Shown here: piece by piece, positions 35,969 through 44,624 of the stretch
Layout: the number at the start of each line of letters is the position of its first letter
How positions within the stretch are numbered: the stretch's first letter is position 1
Virus record (IMG/VR): IMGVR_UViG_3300037471_001740
Location: 1-64,000 of that record
DNA length: 64,000 bases
Origin: a virus
Taxonomy: Duplodnaviria > Caudoviricetes
Direction: 5' to 3' (one strand)
The notes under the pieces: model-generated
Databases searched by the model: none
The model's input: only the letters and a program-made list of their open reading frames with translations
What the model was told of the DNA's origin: nothing
Program-made: the position numbers and the translations under genes

Positions 35969-36172
35969 ATGACGAACCGGACTTCCATCACCGATGCGGA
36001 CATCGCCAAGGAACACCGCCTTCGTCGTATCGCTGGCTCGCCCGTCGACGCCATCACCAACCCCGCTCTGCGCATCTGCCTCGCGAACTGCGCCGAGCTT
36101 CGCAAAAAGCAGCACCCTTCCGACCAACCTTCGCCCGACGGCAAGCGTCTCGCCGCTGGCGACATCGAATAA
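35969..36172 (+). CDS. Hypothetical early protein
   Basis: Compact operon spacing; ITDADIA..HRL.RI pattern. Confidence 0.6.
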   Translation: MTNRTSITDADIAKEHRLRRIAGSPVDAITNPALRICLANCAELRKKQHPSDQPSPDGKRLAAGDIE

Positions 36173-36179
36173 CGCCAAC

Positions 36180-36512
36180 ATGCCGAAGAACATTTTTAAC
36201 CAGGAATCCACGCGCAAGGACACGATCGGCCTGCGCACGGCGTTTCACTACGACCCGATGGCACCGCGCCCCACAACGCCGATCATGGTCGGCAAGTACG
36301 TTGTGGCGCGTCGCCCCCTCCTCGGAAGCATCTACACCCTGTACATGCTGATGGACGGCACACACATCGTCGCGTCGTGGATCTCGCACCCCAGCGAGGA
36401 CGACTGCGCGTCGGCGATGCGCCGCCTGAGCGCGAAACGCATCGCCGACGCTGCCATCACCAACGCCAAGATCGGCAAGGCGAAGTCCCGCCGCGCGAAG
36501 GAGGCGGCATGA
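36180..36512 (+). CDS. Hypothetical early protein
   Basis: In the PL operon; coupled to the next gene. Confidence 0.6.
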   Translation: MPKNIFNQESTRKDTIGLRTAFHYDPMAPRPTTPIMVGKYVVARRPLLGSIYTLYMLMDGTHIVASWISHPSEDDCASAMRRLSAKRIADAAITNAKIGKAKSRRAKEAA

Positions 36513-36970
36513 CCCGCCGACGCCTCGCACCCACCGAGTACAAGCATCCCACGACGTACGACGCGATCGTCAAGGAGCATCAACTGGCGCACGCACGACG
36601 CCTCGCTCAGCTGAAAGCGGCCTCGAAGCTGATCATCGCCATCGAGCCCGATCTGGCCGCGTTGGCCGCGCAAAGGATCTACTACGGCTACGACCGCTAC
36701 ACGATGTGCATCGTCCCTTGGCTTCCTGCCACGGGTCACATTGACAAGAAAGCGCTTCATCTTGGCTTCAGCATTATGAGCGACGGCGGTGATCGCGCCG
36801 TTGCGGCTCTGATCGCGCGTGGATGGGTCGTCGAAGACACCAAACTCGACGGCAAGTTGAGCAAAGCGCTGCTGCGAAAGCCCAAGACTCGGGTTCGCGT
36901 GGTCGTGGAGTGCAGCGACGCGGTCGCAAAAACGTTGGCTCCCCAGCCCGACACGGAGGCCGCGCAATGA
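36509..36970 (+). CDS. Hypothetical early protein
   Basis: GGAGG RBS; ATGA coupling. Confidence 0.65.
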   Translation: MTRRRLAPTEYKHPTTYDAIVKEHQLAHARRLAQLKAASKLIIAIEPDLAALAAQRIYYGYDRYTMCIVPWLPATGHIDKKALHLGFSIMSDGGDRAVAALIARGWVVEDTKLDGKLSKALLRKPKTRVRVVVECSDAVAKTLAPQPDTEAAQ

Positions 36971-37212
36971 TTTTCGCCCTCTTGATCGCGATCTTCACTT
37001 GCGCCGCCGCGTGGTTCCTCACGGGCCGGAGCGAGCGGCGCTACATCGGCGCACTCTTCGGCTTTGCCGACTCCGTTCTTTGGCTGGCCGCTGGTGTGAC
37101 CGCCGGCAAAGTGGCCGTTGCTCTCGTCGCCGCGTTCTGCAGCTTCTGTTTCGCACGCCCGTTGCTCGCGCGTCGCATGTTGAGCATCTCCGGGAGGCGT
37201 CATGCCCAATGA
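36967..37212 (+). CDS. Small polytopic membrane protein
   Basis: GGAGG RBS; three hydrophobic segments. Confidence 0.6.
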   Translation: MIFALLIAIFTCAAAWFLTGRSERRYIGALFGFADSVLWLAAGVTAGKVAVALVAAFCSFCFARPLLARRMLSISGRRHAQ

Positions 37213-37495
37213 TCTCTCCGCGATCTGCAAGGCACTGATCTCGCTCTTCGCGAGCGAGGCTACGCCGCGCACGATCGACGACATCCAAGCCGCGCTGCCC
37301 GACGCAGATCGCACCGCGCTTCGCGAAGACCTGCAGATGCTGGTTCGAGCCGACGTCGTTCGTCAGGCTGTTCGCTACGCCGATGAGCGCCTCGTCTACT
37401 GGCTGGCAGGCGCTCCTATCGCCACGTTTCACGGAACCCGTCTCGTCTACCCCGACGCAACCTTCGCTGACGTTGGAGAAATCCATCATGGCTAA
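37202..37495 (+). CDS. Winged-helix-like hypothetical protein
   Basis: TIDDIQAAL...LREDLQML...VV...Y pattern. Confidence 0.6.
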   Translation: MPNDLSAICKALISLFASEATPRTIDDIQAALPDADRTALREDLQMLVRADVVRQAVRYADERLVYWLAGAPIATFHGTRLVYPDATFADVGEIHHG

Positions 37496-38849
37496 AACCC
37501 ACCCGCTTGTCCTCGACGCGATGATCGTCACGGGCAACACCAAAGCCGCGATCAAAGCCGCCGGCGGCGGTTCGTCCGACCTCTGGACCGTTCCGCCCGA
37601 TCAGATCCATTACGACCCTCGAGACAATGTTCGTCCGCTCGATCCCACCCGCGTGCGCAAGGTCGCCGATTCGATCAAAGCCAACGGCTATGACCGCAAG
37701 AAGCCGCTCGGATGCTTTGTCCGCAAGGTGGGCGGCGAAGATCGTATCTTCGTCTATGAAGGCCAGCATCGTTATCACGGGGCACTGCTCGCGATCAGCG
37801 AAGGCAAGGAAATCGACCGCCTGCCCTGCATCATCGACGAGGCAAAGTCGGTCACGCGCACCAACCTCATTTACGCCGGCATCGTCAACAACGACGGCGA
37901 GAAGCTGACGCCCCTTCAGTTGGCCGAGAAGATCGTCGAGCTGCAGGCACTCGGCGAAGACAATGCGACCATCTGCTCGCGCCTGACCATCACCGATCAG
38001 ACGATCCGTGACTGCCTGCTGCTGGCGAACGCGCCTGTAGGGGTTCATAAGCTCGTGCGTGACGGTGCCGTCGCATCCACGCTCGCTATCGAGGAAATCC
38101 GCGCACACGGCGGTGAGAAAGCCCTTGAACGACTCCAGAAGGGTCTCGTCGACGCAAAGGCAGCAGGTAAGACCAAGGTCACAAAGAAACATCTCAGCAA
38201 GCCGGCGGCACCCACGGCACCGAAGAAGATCACTGAAGTGCAGGCAAAGCAACTTTTGCAGGCGCTGCAATCGGTTCTGCATGACCCGCTGTTCGGCAAG
38301 CTATCCCCCGGCACGATCGCGGGCGTGCACGCGGCCCTCACACCCCTCACGGATCTGCTCGACACCATCCCGTCGAAAGCGGGACGCGCAGGACGCCAAA
38401 AGATCGCGACACCCAATGAACACGGCGTGTACACGCGTCACGAGACGATCAAAGCGCCGCTCTTCAAGCGCACTGGCAAGAACCCGTACGAGATCCACAT
38501 TGCACATGTCGCGGAAGGCCAGTGGATCTACAGCACGTCGTATTCGATCGGCACGGGATCCGGATCGAGCCCCTGCACGCTTCGGGAAGGCGAGCCGACA
38601 TATCCGACGCGTGGTCAGGCCATTCGCGCAGCCGTCCAGCACATCACGCGCGAGATGAACGACCCCCGCAAACGCGATTCGAAAGAGGCACCCGGCATTC
38701 ACTCGTGGTTGATTAAGCTCTGGCAAGCGCCGGATCCTGACTGGAACGAAGCGATAGCGGATGCGCTGCGAGAAGCGACGGACAAATCGCGCAACGTCGC
38801 GTGGCCGTTCCCGTCTGGAGCGATGGCTGCAGGAGGCAAGCGTGACTGA
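37488..38849 (+). CDS. ParB/Srx-domain protein with HTH and C-terminal extension
   Basis: NVR, DSIKANG, YEGQHRY..A and L.PL..A..I..L...G motifs. Confidence 0.85.
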   Translation: MAKTHPLVLDAMIVTGNTKAAIKAAGGGSSDLWTVPPDQIHYDPRDNVRPLDPTRVRKVADSIKANGYDRKKPLGCFVRKVGGEDRIFVYEGQHRYHGALLAISEGKEIDRLPCIIDEAKSVTRTNLIYAGIVNNDGEKLTPLQLAEKIVELQALGEDNATICSRLTITDQTIRDCLLLANAPVGVHKLVRDGAVASTLAIEEIRAHGGEKALERLQKGLVDAKAAGKTKVTKKHLSKPAAPTAPKKITEVQAKQLLQALQSVLHDPLFGKLSPGTIAGVHAALTPLTDLLDTIPSKAGRAGRQKIATPNEHGVYTRHETIKAPLFKRTGKNPYEIHIAHVAEGQWIYSTSYSIGTGSGSSPCTLREGEPTYPTRGQAIRAAVQHITREMNDPRKRDSKEAPGIHSWLIKLWQAPDPDWNEAIADALREATDKSRNVAWPFPSGAMAAGGKRD

Positions 38850-39309
38850 TCAACCGGCACTTTTCGCCTGCCCTCCGGCTGCTTCTACCCCACTCCCGCT
38901 GCCGCGCGAGCGGGAACCCAAAACCAAACGCCCAAGGCTCGCGCTGGCGGCTAGCGCAGAGCTTCACATCGAAGGCGAAGGCAGCGGGCTCGCGCCCGCC
39001 AAAGCGATCCAGACGAACGAAGCGACGCGTGCGCGTCGCAACCCTATCCAGTTGAACGAAGACCAGTCGGATCCCCGACTGGTCACACTCGCGCGCATCG
39101 AGCGCGTTCGCATCGAGATCCGCGAGCTGGTCGACGTCGTCGTGCTTGGTGCGGACATCGAGCTACTCGACCTCATGCGCGACGAGACAGGCAGCTATAG
39201 CCGGCACAAGGCTGCGCAGGAGGCTCGCAAATGGGCCGACGCTGCCGGCATTCAGATCGAAACGGGATTAATGATGCTAGACCGCGCGCTGCGGTCGGCA
39301 GGGAAATGA
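38842..39309 (+). CDS. Hypothetical early protein
   Basis: GTG start after GGAGG; coupled to the ParB-like gene. Confidence 0.6.
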   Translation: MTDQPALFACPPAASTPLPLPREREPKTKRPRLALAASAELHIEGEGSGLAPAKAIQTNEATRARRNPIQLNEDQSDPRLVTLARIERVRIEIRELVDVVVLGADIELLDLMRDETGSYSRHKAAQEARKWADAAGIQIETGLMMLDRALRSAGK

Positions 39310-39331
39310 CGGTGTCGCGATGATGAAAAGC

Positions 39332-39589
39332 TCACGTTCCTATATCGCCACTGCCCACGATTACGACATCAATGCTGGGGTTCCGACGACAAACAGCGAA
39401 TGCGGCACTACGGATTCGCTCAATGTTCACGAGGAAGATAGCCCGTGGGTCATCGTCGCCATCCAACAGCGCGAGCGCAGTCCCTGTTATTCGACCAGAG
39501 CGTTCACGGCTCCCGTCGAGGATCGTAAAGGACAGGTAATCGCCGGTCGTGGGGGTAACCGGGGCGGAAATCTGAAAACTGTCGTCCAT
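39332..39589 (-). CDS. Small DUF1488-like protein, antisense in the early operon
   Basis: GGAG RBS; LSFTI.DG...GRITGTALA...F..NIERI pattern. Confidence 0.55.
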   Translation of the reverse strand: MDDSFQISAPVTPTTGDYLSFTILDGSRERSGRITGTALALLDGDDDPRAIFLVNIERIRSAAFAVCRRNPSIDVVIVGSGDIGT

Positions 39590-39607
39590 CACATCGCTCC
39601 GGAGAAT

Positions 39608-40042
39608 ATGGAGCCAAATCCTAGCACGCAGACACCTATCTGTAAGGTCCAGACGCGGCAACGCGGCATTAGACCATTCGCAGGCAATGAAGGTCGCTAC
39701 GCAGCCGTCGAAGGCGGTGTACGACGTCTCTGGATCCGCGACCAAGTAACTTTGCAGGCCGACATTGTTGCGCTCCTGCGCAGCGACGGTCATATGCCCA
39801 AGAAGCGCATCATCACTGGCCTAGGAGCGGCGCTGGCCGCAATCGACACCGGGCTGACGACGCTGCGCGATGCGCAACTCATCGAGTGCTACAAAGCCCG
39901 CAGCCGACGCGGCCGGATAGATGAACATTGGTGCCTCTTTGGCGAATCACCTGCCCGTCCCACTGCTTTCAAATTTTCAGCTGCTGCAACGCTAGCCGCT
40001 ATGCAGATGCATGCAACACAGCTTTACGGAGCAATGAAATGA
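39608..40042 (+). CDS. Hypothetical protein, possible wHTH
   Basis: ATG after GGAG; helical C-terminal half; coupled to xis. Confidence 0.5.
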   Translation: MEPNPSTQTPICKVQTRQRGIRPFAGNEGRYAAVEGGVRRLWIRDQVTLQADIVALLRSDGHMPKKRIITGLGAALAAIDTGLTTLRDAQLIECYKARSRRGRIDEHWCLFGESPARPTAFKFSAAATLAAMQMHATQLYGAMK

Positions 40043-40272
40043 GCCTGCTCACCCGCGCGTACATTCTCGAAAAATTCGGTCCACGCCTGACAATGGGCCA
40101 GCTTGCAATTCTGCTGGCCATGTCCGAAGGCACCATCCGGAATCAGGTAAGCGCCGAGACGTTCCCTATTCCGACGTACAAGGAAGGCGCGGCACGTTAC
40201 GCCTCGTACGATTCCGTGGCCGATTATCTTGACGACATGTCGGAAAAAGCAAAAGCTCGTGCGGCACAGTGA
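40039..40272 (+). CDS. xis: Excisionase-like wHTH protein
   Basis: LTMGQLAILL.MSEGTIRNQVS..TFPIPTYK; faces int. Confidence 0.7.
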   Translation: MSLLTRAYILEKFGPRLTMGQLAILLAMSEGTIRNQVSAETFPIPTYKEGAARYASYDSVADYLDDMSEKAKARAAQ

Positions 40273-40329
40273 CTAGCCTACGGGGCGTGCGCTCCAATTC
40301 GCGAGGCGCACACCCTCCTACCATTCGAC

Positions 40330-41169
40330 TCAATCCTGAGAAGCGTATCTTTCTCGTACAGTTCCGATAACGCCGCATCGCTTCAGGTAGCTACAAAGCA
40401 AGCCTTGGTTTTCCTTATGGCGATGAGAAGAATTTATGGCTGCAATATTCGACCATTGAAAAAACTCGACACCATCGGAGCGCGTGCGCACTAACACGCC
40501 CTTATCAAAATATCGAATCACGAAGACTGGCTGGACCGCGCTCTGGCCGGCCAGCGTTATTTCAGTATTTGGCGTCGCAAAATTGGCGTAAAGCCCAAAG
40601 TTGTATCCTATCCCCCACAGCGAAAATGCGGCAGATGGTGCGAACATCATCACGAATACGATCTCGACGGACCATCGGGTGATCACGCTTGGATGCATGA
40701 GCATCCACATAATCACCGAGACCCAAATCAATGAAAACCCAAAAATTGCTAGAGGAAACAGCACGTCACCGAACAACACATATGCGAGAGCCGCACCCAC
40801 CGCAAGCAACCCGCCAAACGACAGCGCTACACGCGCAATAAATGTCAACCGCGGCTCCACGGCACGGAAGTCTTTTATTTCCAAAACGGTTCGAGGACGA
40901 GGCCGATTCAGAATGGTGTTTGCGGTGAATCGCACCAAGAATATGTGAAATGCCATCCATCCGCATGCGACGAAGAGTGCAAGCGGAAACCAATAGACAG
41001 CAGACTTCGCGTGATCGATGAGTGACGATGGCACCTCTCGCATCGGGATATTCAACGCTTGAAAATATCCCCAATCGAAAATGACGGATGCTGGAAGACT
41101 AAGCGAAGCGGCCAAGGTCGCGATCTTTCCGACACTCTCAATTCCCAGTTTCTTTTCGTTATCGGGCAT
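40330..41169 (-). CDS. Polytopic membrane protein downstream of the integrase
   Basis: About five TM segments and a C-terminal beta domain; visibly AT-richer than flanking genes. Confidence 0.75.
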   Translation of the reverse strand: MPDNEKKLGIESVGKIATLAASLSLPASVIFDWGYFQALNIPMREVPSSLIDHAKSAVYWFPLALFVACGWMAFHIFLVRFTANTILNRPRPRTVLEIKDFRAVEPRLTFIARVALSFGGLLAVGAALAYVLFGDVLFPLAIFGFSLIWVSVIMWMLMHPSVITRWSVEIVFVMMFAPSAAFSLWGIGYNFGLYANFATPNTEITLAGQSAVQPVFVIRYFDKGVLVRTRSDGVEFFQWSNIAAINSSHRHKENQGLLCSYLKRCGVIGTVRERYASQD

Positions 41170-41205
41170 ATCACCAACTTGTTGGGAAACAATCATTTTT
41201 CGGAT

Positions 41206-42303
41206 TTAAGCGGACTGAACAAGTTTCAACCGCCCTTTTTTTGCGACCTGCGCCGGATCAAGGTTGGTGTAGCGCTTCAGGTTTCGCCAATCCTTGTGGC
41301 CGGTCACCGTTGCCACCTCGGGAATTTCCCATCCCGCCTCGAAGAGTGCGCTCGTCGCCTCATGCCGCAGATCGTGTAGATGCAAGTCAACAATGCCCTT
41401 CGAATCGCACGCTTCCTTGAAATACTTGCTGGCCGTGCTGGGCGAAAAGCGAAAAATATACTCGTTTTTGTGCGGAAGCAATGAGGGGTCGGCCAAACGC
41501 TTTTCGGCATAGCCTTCGGGAACGGGATAGCGCGGCTGACGCTGGATGACCTCGAACGAGTCACCGATAAGCGGAATCCATTCGTTGTTGCCAAGTTTCT
41601 GGCGCGGATGCTTGCGGTCACGCACAAGCGCCAGGTGCCGCTCGACGTCGACATCTTCCCACCGAAGCCGGAACAGTTCGCCACGCCGAAAGGCGCACTG
41701 CATCGCCACGCGCAACAGATCCGGCATCGCTTGCTGCCGCTCCGGATGCTCGGCGAACCAGGCGAAGATCTTCTCTATTTCTTCCGTCGTTGGTCGACGG
41801 TCGCGTTTGATACCCGGTCCGATCAGATGCAGGTGATGCAGCGTGGGACGCGCAGCACCGATAACATCGGGCAACGTGATAGCCAGCAGCGACGCCATGT
41901 GCCGCATCACTGTGCCGAGCTTCGAGATATCCATGTCGACGGTGTACTCGCCCGCGCCCGACTTGCGCCTGCCCTGAGCGAATTTGACGACATCCTGAGT
42001 CGAGAGCCGCGAGGCCAAGTTACTTTGAAACGCGTCGTTCAGCCGGGAGAGGATGTAGTCTTCATTCGACTTCGGCTTGACGGCACGCCCCGACTCGTCA
42101 CGTGCCTCCCGGTACTTTCTAATGAGATCGCCGACCGTCACCGTCTCGGCGCTGGCCGCGTTGCTGCCTTTCTCGATCTCGACTTCCTTCTCGCGCGCCC
42201 ACGCTTCGGCGGCGCTTTTGGTCTTGAACGTTTTTGCTATACTCTGCCCGCGCTTTCGCACTTGGGCACGCCAGCGCTTGCCCACAGGCAAGATGGAAGC
42301 CAT
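41206..42303 (-). CDS. int: Tyrosine recombinase/integrase
   Basis: Catalytic R (FRRGEL), HDLRH, TGH and Y (LKRY); N-terminal arm-binding WRAQVRKRG. Confidence 0.97.
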   Translation of the reverse strand: MASILPVGKRWRAQVRKRGQSIAKTFKTKSAAEAWAREKEVEIEKGSNAASAETVTVGDLIRKYREARDESGRAVKPKSNEDYILSRLNDAFQSNLASRLSTQDVVKFAQGRRKSGAGEYTVDMDISKLGTVMRHMASLLAITLPDVIGAARPTLHHLHLIGPGIKRDRRPTTEEIEKIFAWFAEHPERQQAMPDLLRVAMQCAFRRGELFRLRWEDVDVERHLALVRDRKHPRQKLGNNEWIPLIGDSFEVIQRQPRYPVPEGYAEKRLADPSLLPHKNEYIFRFSPSTASKYFKEACDSKGIVDLHLHDLRHEATSALFEAGWEIPEVATVTGHKDWRNLKRYTNLDPAQVAKKGRLKLVQSA

Positions 42304-42324
42304 GATTTCCCCGTCTCGAAAAAC

Positions 42325-42385
42325 TGTAGCAGTGCCAGATCAGTTTTCAGTGCTACAGCGCAAATTTGTAGCAGAAGTGTAGCAG
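42325..42385. repeat. TGTAGCAG arm-type repeats (prophage 1 att)
   Basis: Direct copies at 42325, 42367 and 42378; inverted CTGTAGCA at 42351. Confidence 0.75.
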
Positions 42386-42520
42386 GGACGGCGGTAAATT
42401 ACGGTTCACAGGCTGTCACGGCGCTTCATTTAGGAAGAAGCTAAAATGCCGAAAACGCCCACGGAGTAAGGCCGAAGCCAATAGCAGCAAGGCTCCGATC
42501 CACCCCGTGAAAATGTTGCT

Positions 42521-42595
42521 CTCCCCGTAGTTCAATGGATAGAACGAGTGCCTCCTAAGCGCTAGATACAGGTTCGATTCCTGTCGGGGGGACCA
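42521..42595 (+). tRNA. tRNA-Arg(CCU), full length with encoded CCA
   Basis: Acceptor CTCCCCG/CGGGGGG; D stem GTTC/GAAC; anticodon loop CT-CCT-AA; T arm ACAGG-TTCGATT-CCTGT. Confidence 0.97.
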
Positions 42596-42640
42596 AGACC
42601 AGGCCGGAATGCCTTATCTGACAAGGCTCCGCACTAAGTT

Positions 42641-42667
42641 TGGCGTAAATCTGGCGTAATTACGCCA
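42641..42667. repeat. TGGCGTAA arm-type repeats (prophage 2 att)
   Basis: Direct copies at 42641 and 42652; inverted TTACGCCA at 42660. Confidence 0.7.
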
Positions 42668-42670
42668 ACT

Positions 42671-43039
42671 TCAACGGTGTGCGCTTAGCGCGGCGATCAG
42701 CTCGCGCGCGAACTCAACTTCCTTCTTCAGCGCCGCAGCCTCTGTATCCGGCTTCACCTGGGCCATTGCGGACGCAACGTGCTCCAGTGTTACGTTGGCA
42801 CGATCCAGTGCGCCCCAGAGGGCGGCAATCTGCTTTCTCAAGCCATCAATGATGGCTGTATCTCTCGCCTCAATCTGCGCGAGGATCGCCGGACCGCTCT
42901 CTGCTCGAGGGTCATGCTTCAGTCGGTAGACCACCTCGCCATTCACCGTCAATCCCGCCTGTTCAGCAGCACGCTCGACCTCGGCGTGAACGCTGCGAGG
43001 GATTCGGAATGATGTCTTCAGGATCGGATCGTCGGCCAT
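42671..43039 (-). CDS. Arc-family ribbon-helix-helix regulator with coiled-coil tail
   Basis: TSFRIPRSVHAEVERAAE..G.TVNGEVVYRL. Confidence 0.85.
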   Translation of the reverse strand: MADDPILKTSFRIPRSVHAEVERAAEQAGLTVNGEVVYRLKHDPRAESGPAILAQIEARDTAIIDGLRKQIAALWGALDRANVTLEHVASAMAQVKPDTEAAALKKEVEFARELIAALSAHR

Positions 43040-43180
43040 GCCGGCGATTCTATTCGGGCGGCAAATGGGGCGCTACCATCGCCATTAAAGCCGTACAATT
43101 GCCACCTCAAAAGCCCTTTCTTCGCCGGATTGTTAAATCGTCATCGCCTCTAGAATGCCAACACTTACTGGAGGTGTGGC

Positions 43181-43414
43181 GTGAAAATGGACTGTGACGA
43201 AGCATCTATGGAAACTGCAGGCACCGCCTTGCGGACGGTGGCGGACGCGGTGGACGCGATCACCGTAAAGGCGATACAACTGGAGGGGCTGCTTGTGGCA
43301 ATGAGCCACGCGGCGAAGTCAGACGACATGCCGCCGGCATTCATGGAGGCGTCGTTGTGGCTAGCCTGCGACGTCGTGCGCGAAATCAGGTGCGCCGTGG
43401 GCGACTTAAGCTAG
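43181..43414 (+). CDS. Small helical hypothetical protein
   Basis: GGAGG RBS; TAGAAT -10 at 43151-43156; 9 nt upstream of the acyltransferase. Confidence 0.6.
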   Translation: MKMDCDEASMETAGTALRTVADAVDAITVKAIQLEGLLVAMSHAAKSDDMPPAFMEASLWLACDVVREIRCAVGDLS

Positions 43415-43423
43415 ACTCGCCGC

Positions 43424-44482
43424 ATGAAAAATCTTACGAATAATTTCGACGGTTTGCGGATCATTGCGGCCACGATGGTTCTCGTGAGCCACCAGTTTGC
43501 GCTGCTGCAGCTGCCGCAGCCGGAGATCTATCCGGGCATGACAATCGGCACGGTTGCCGTCTTCATGTTCTTTGTGATCAGCGGATATCTTGTTACAAAA
43601 AGCTGGGTAGATGATCCGAACATATCGCGCTTCGCCGCGCGGCGTTCTCTCAGGCTCATTCCCGGTCTCGTGGTGGCGATCGCACTATCCGTATTCGTGC
43701 TCGGCCCCATCGTTTCCACCCTGCGTCCGGCCGAATATTTCGGAACACACGACCCGCGCCAATACCTGTGGATTATTCGCTTCAGGCCACATTTCGGTAT
43801 GCCCGGCGCATTCGAATCAAACCCGTTTCCAGAGGCGGCAAACGGCTCACTGTGGAGCATCCCTTATGAGATCGTGTGCTACGTTCTAATGGGAGCTGTC
43901 GGACTGGTCGGAATGATGCGCAGCCGCCGGATGTGCCTCGCAGCCGTTGCACTGTTGGCGCTGTACAGGTTTGGAATCAAACATTCAGAGCTAAATGCTG
44001 CACGCATCTGGATGCTCGACCTCGGTCTTTTCTTTAGCGCTGGCGCGCTAATCCAGATGTTCAAGAGCGTCTGGATATGGAGGTCGAAAACACTGCTGCT
44101 ATGTGCTCTCATTTTTTCTGCCGTAACGGCTTGGAGAGGACACTACTTCGTCGCACTTTGGCTGATGCTCCCCTCCCTCACCATCGTGTGCGGCGAAGCG
44201 TCCACGCCTGTGCTTCGTCGCTTCGGAAGGTTCGGCGACATCTCCTACGGCATCTACATCTACGCCTTCATCACTCAGCAAACGCTGATATTGGCGACGG
44301 GCGCGCGCTGGAGCGTCTATCAGTACATGCCGGTGTCACTTGCGATCACCGTGTGCCTGGCGTTCGCGTCGTGGCACCTTATCGAGCGGCCGGCGCTTTC
44401 GCTCAAGCCGCGCCGTCGATCAGCGGCCCAGCGTCAGTCGGCTGGAAGCGGCGTATTGCCCGCCGCGAGCCAAGGCAGGTAG
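43424..44482 (+). CDS. oac: Acyltransferase-3 family O-acetyltransferase, Oac-like
   Basis: FDGLRIIAATMVLVSH, FFVISGYL, RR.LR..P, NGSLWS.PYE..CY and SYGIYIYAF motifs; about 10 TMs. Confidence 0.88.
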   Translation: MKNLTNNFDGLRIIAATMVLVSHQFALLQLPQPEIYPGMTIGTVAVFMFFVISGYLVTKSWVDDPNISRFAARRSLRLIPGLVVAIALSVFVLGPIVSTLRPAEYFGTHDPRQYLWIIRFRPHFGMPGAFESNPFPEAANGSLWSIPYEIVCYVLMGAVGLVGMMRSRRMCLAAVALLALYRFGIKHSELNAARIWMLDLGLFFSAGALIQMFKSVWIWRSKTLLLCALIFSAVTAWRGHYFVALWLMLPSLTIVCGEASTPVLRRFGRFGDISYGIYIYAFITQQTLILATGARWSVYQYMPVSLAITVCLAFASWHLIERPALSLKPRRRSAAQRQSAGSGVLPAASQGR

Positions 44483-44613
44483 ATCTCGTTCCACTGCCAC
44501 GAACCTTCGATGATGTTCCAGAGGTTTCCATCAGGATCCGTGTACCACATGCGCGTCGGATCGATTTCGCCGCTGAACGGGTTGCGGTACTGCTTGAACT
44601 GAATGTCGGCCAT
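44434..44613 (-). CDS. 59-aa fibre chaperone-like protein (not in the ORF track)
   Basis: MADIQFKQYRNPFSGEIDPTRMWY...PWLAAGNTPLPAD*, colinear homolog of 5599-5796. Confidence 0.8.
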   Translation of the reverse strand: MADIQFKQYRNPFSGEIDPTRMWYTDPDGNLWNIIEGSWQWNEIYLPWLAAGNTPLPAD

Positions 44614-44624
44614 GATGGTTTGCC

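Larger units (their letters stand above)
1..42520 (-). mobile_element. Prophage 1, lambda-like cos siphovirus (left end beyond window)
   Basis: Contiguous int/xis, immunity, replication, Q, cos, terminase, portal, capsid, lambda-type tail and lysis modules; right end abuts tRNA-Arg with arm-type repeats. Confidence 0.95.
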
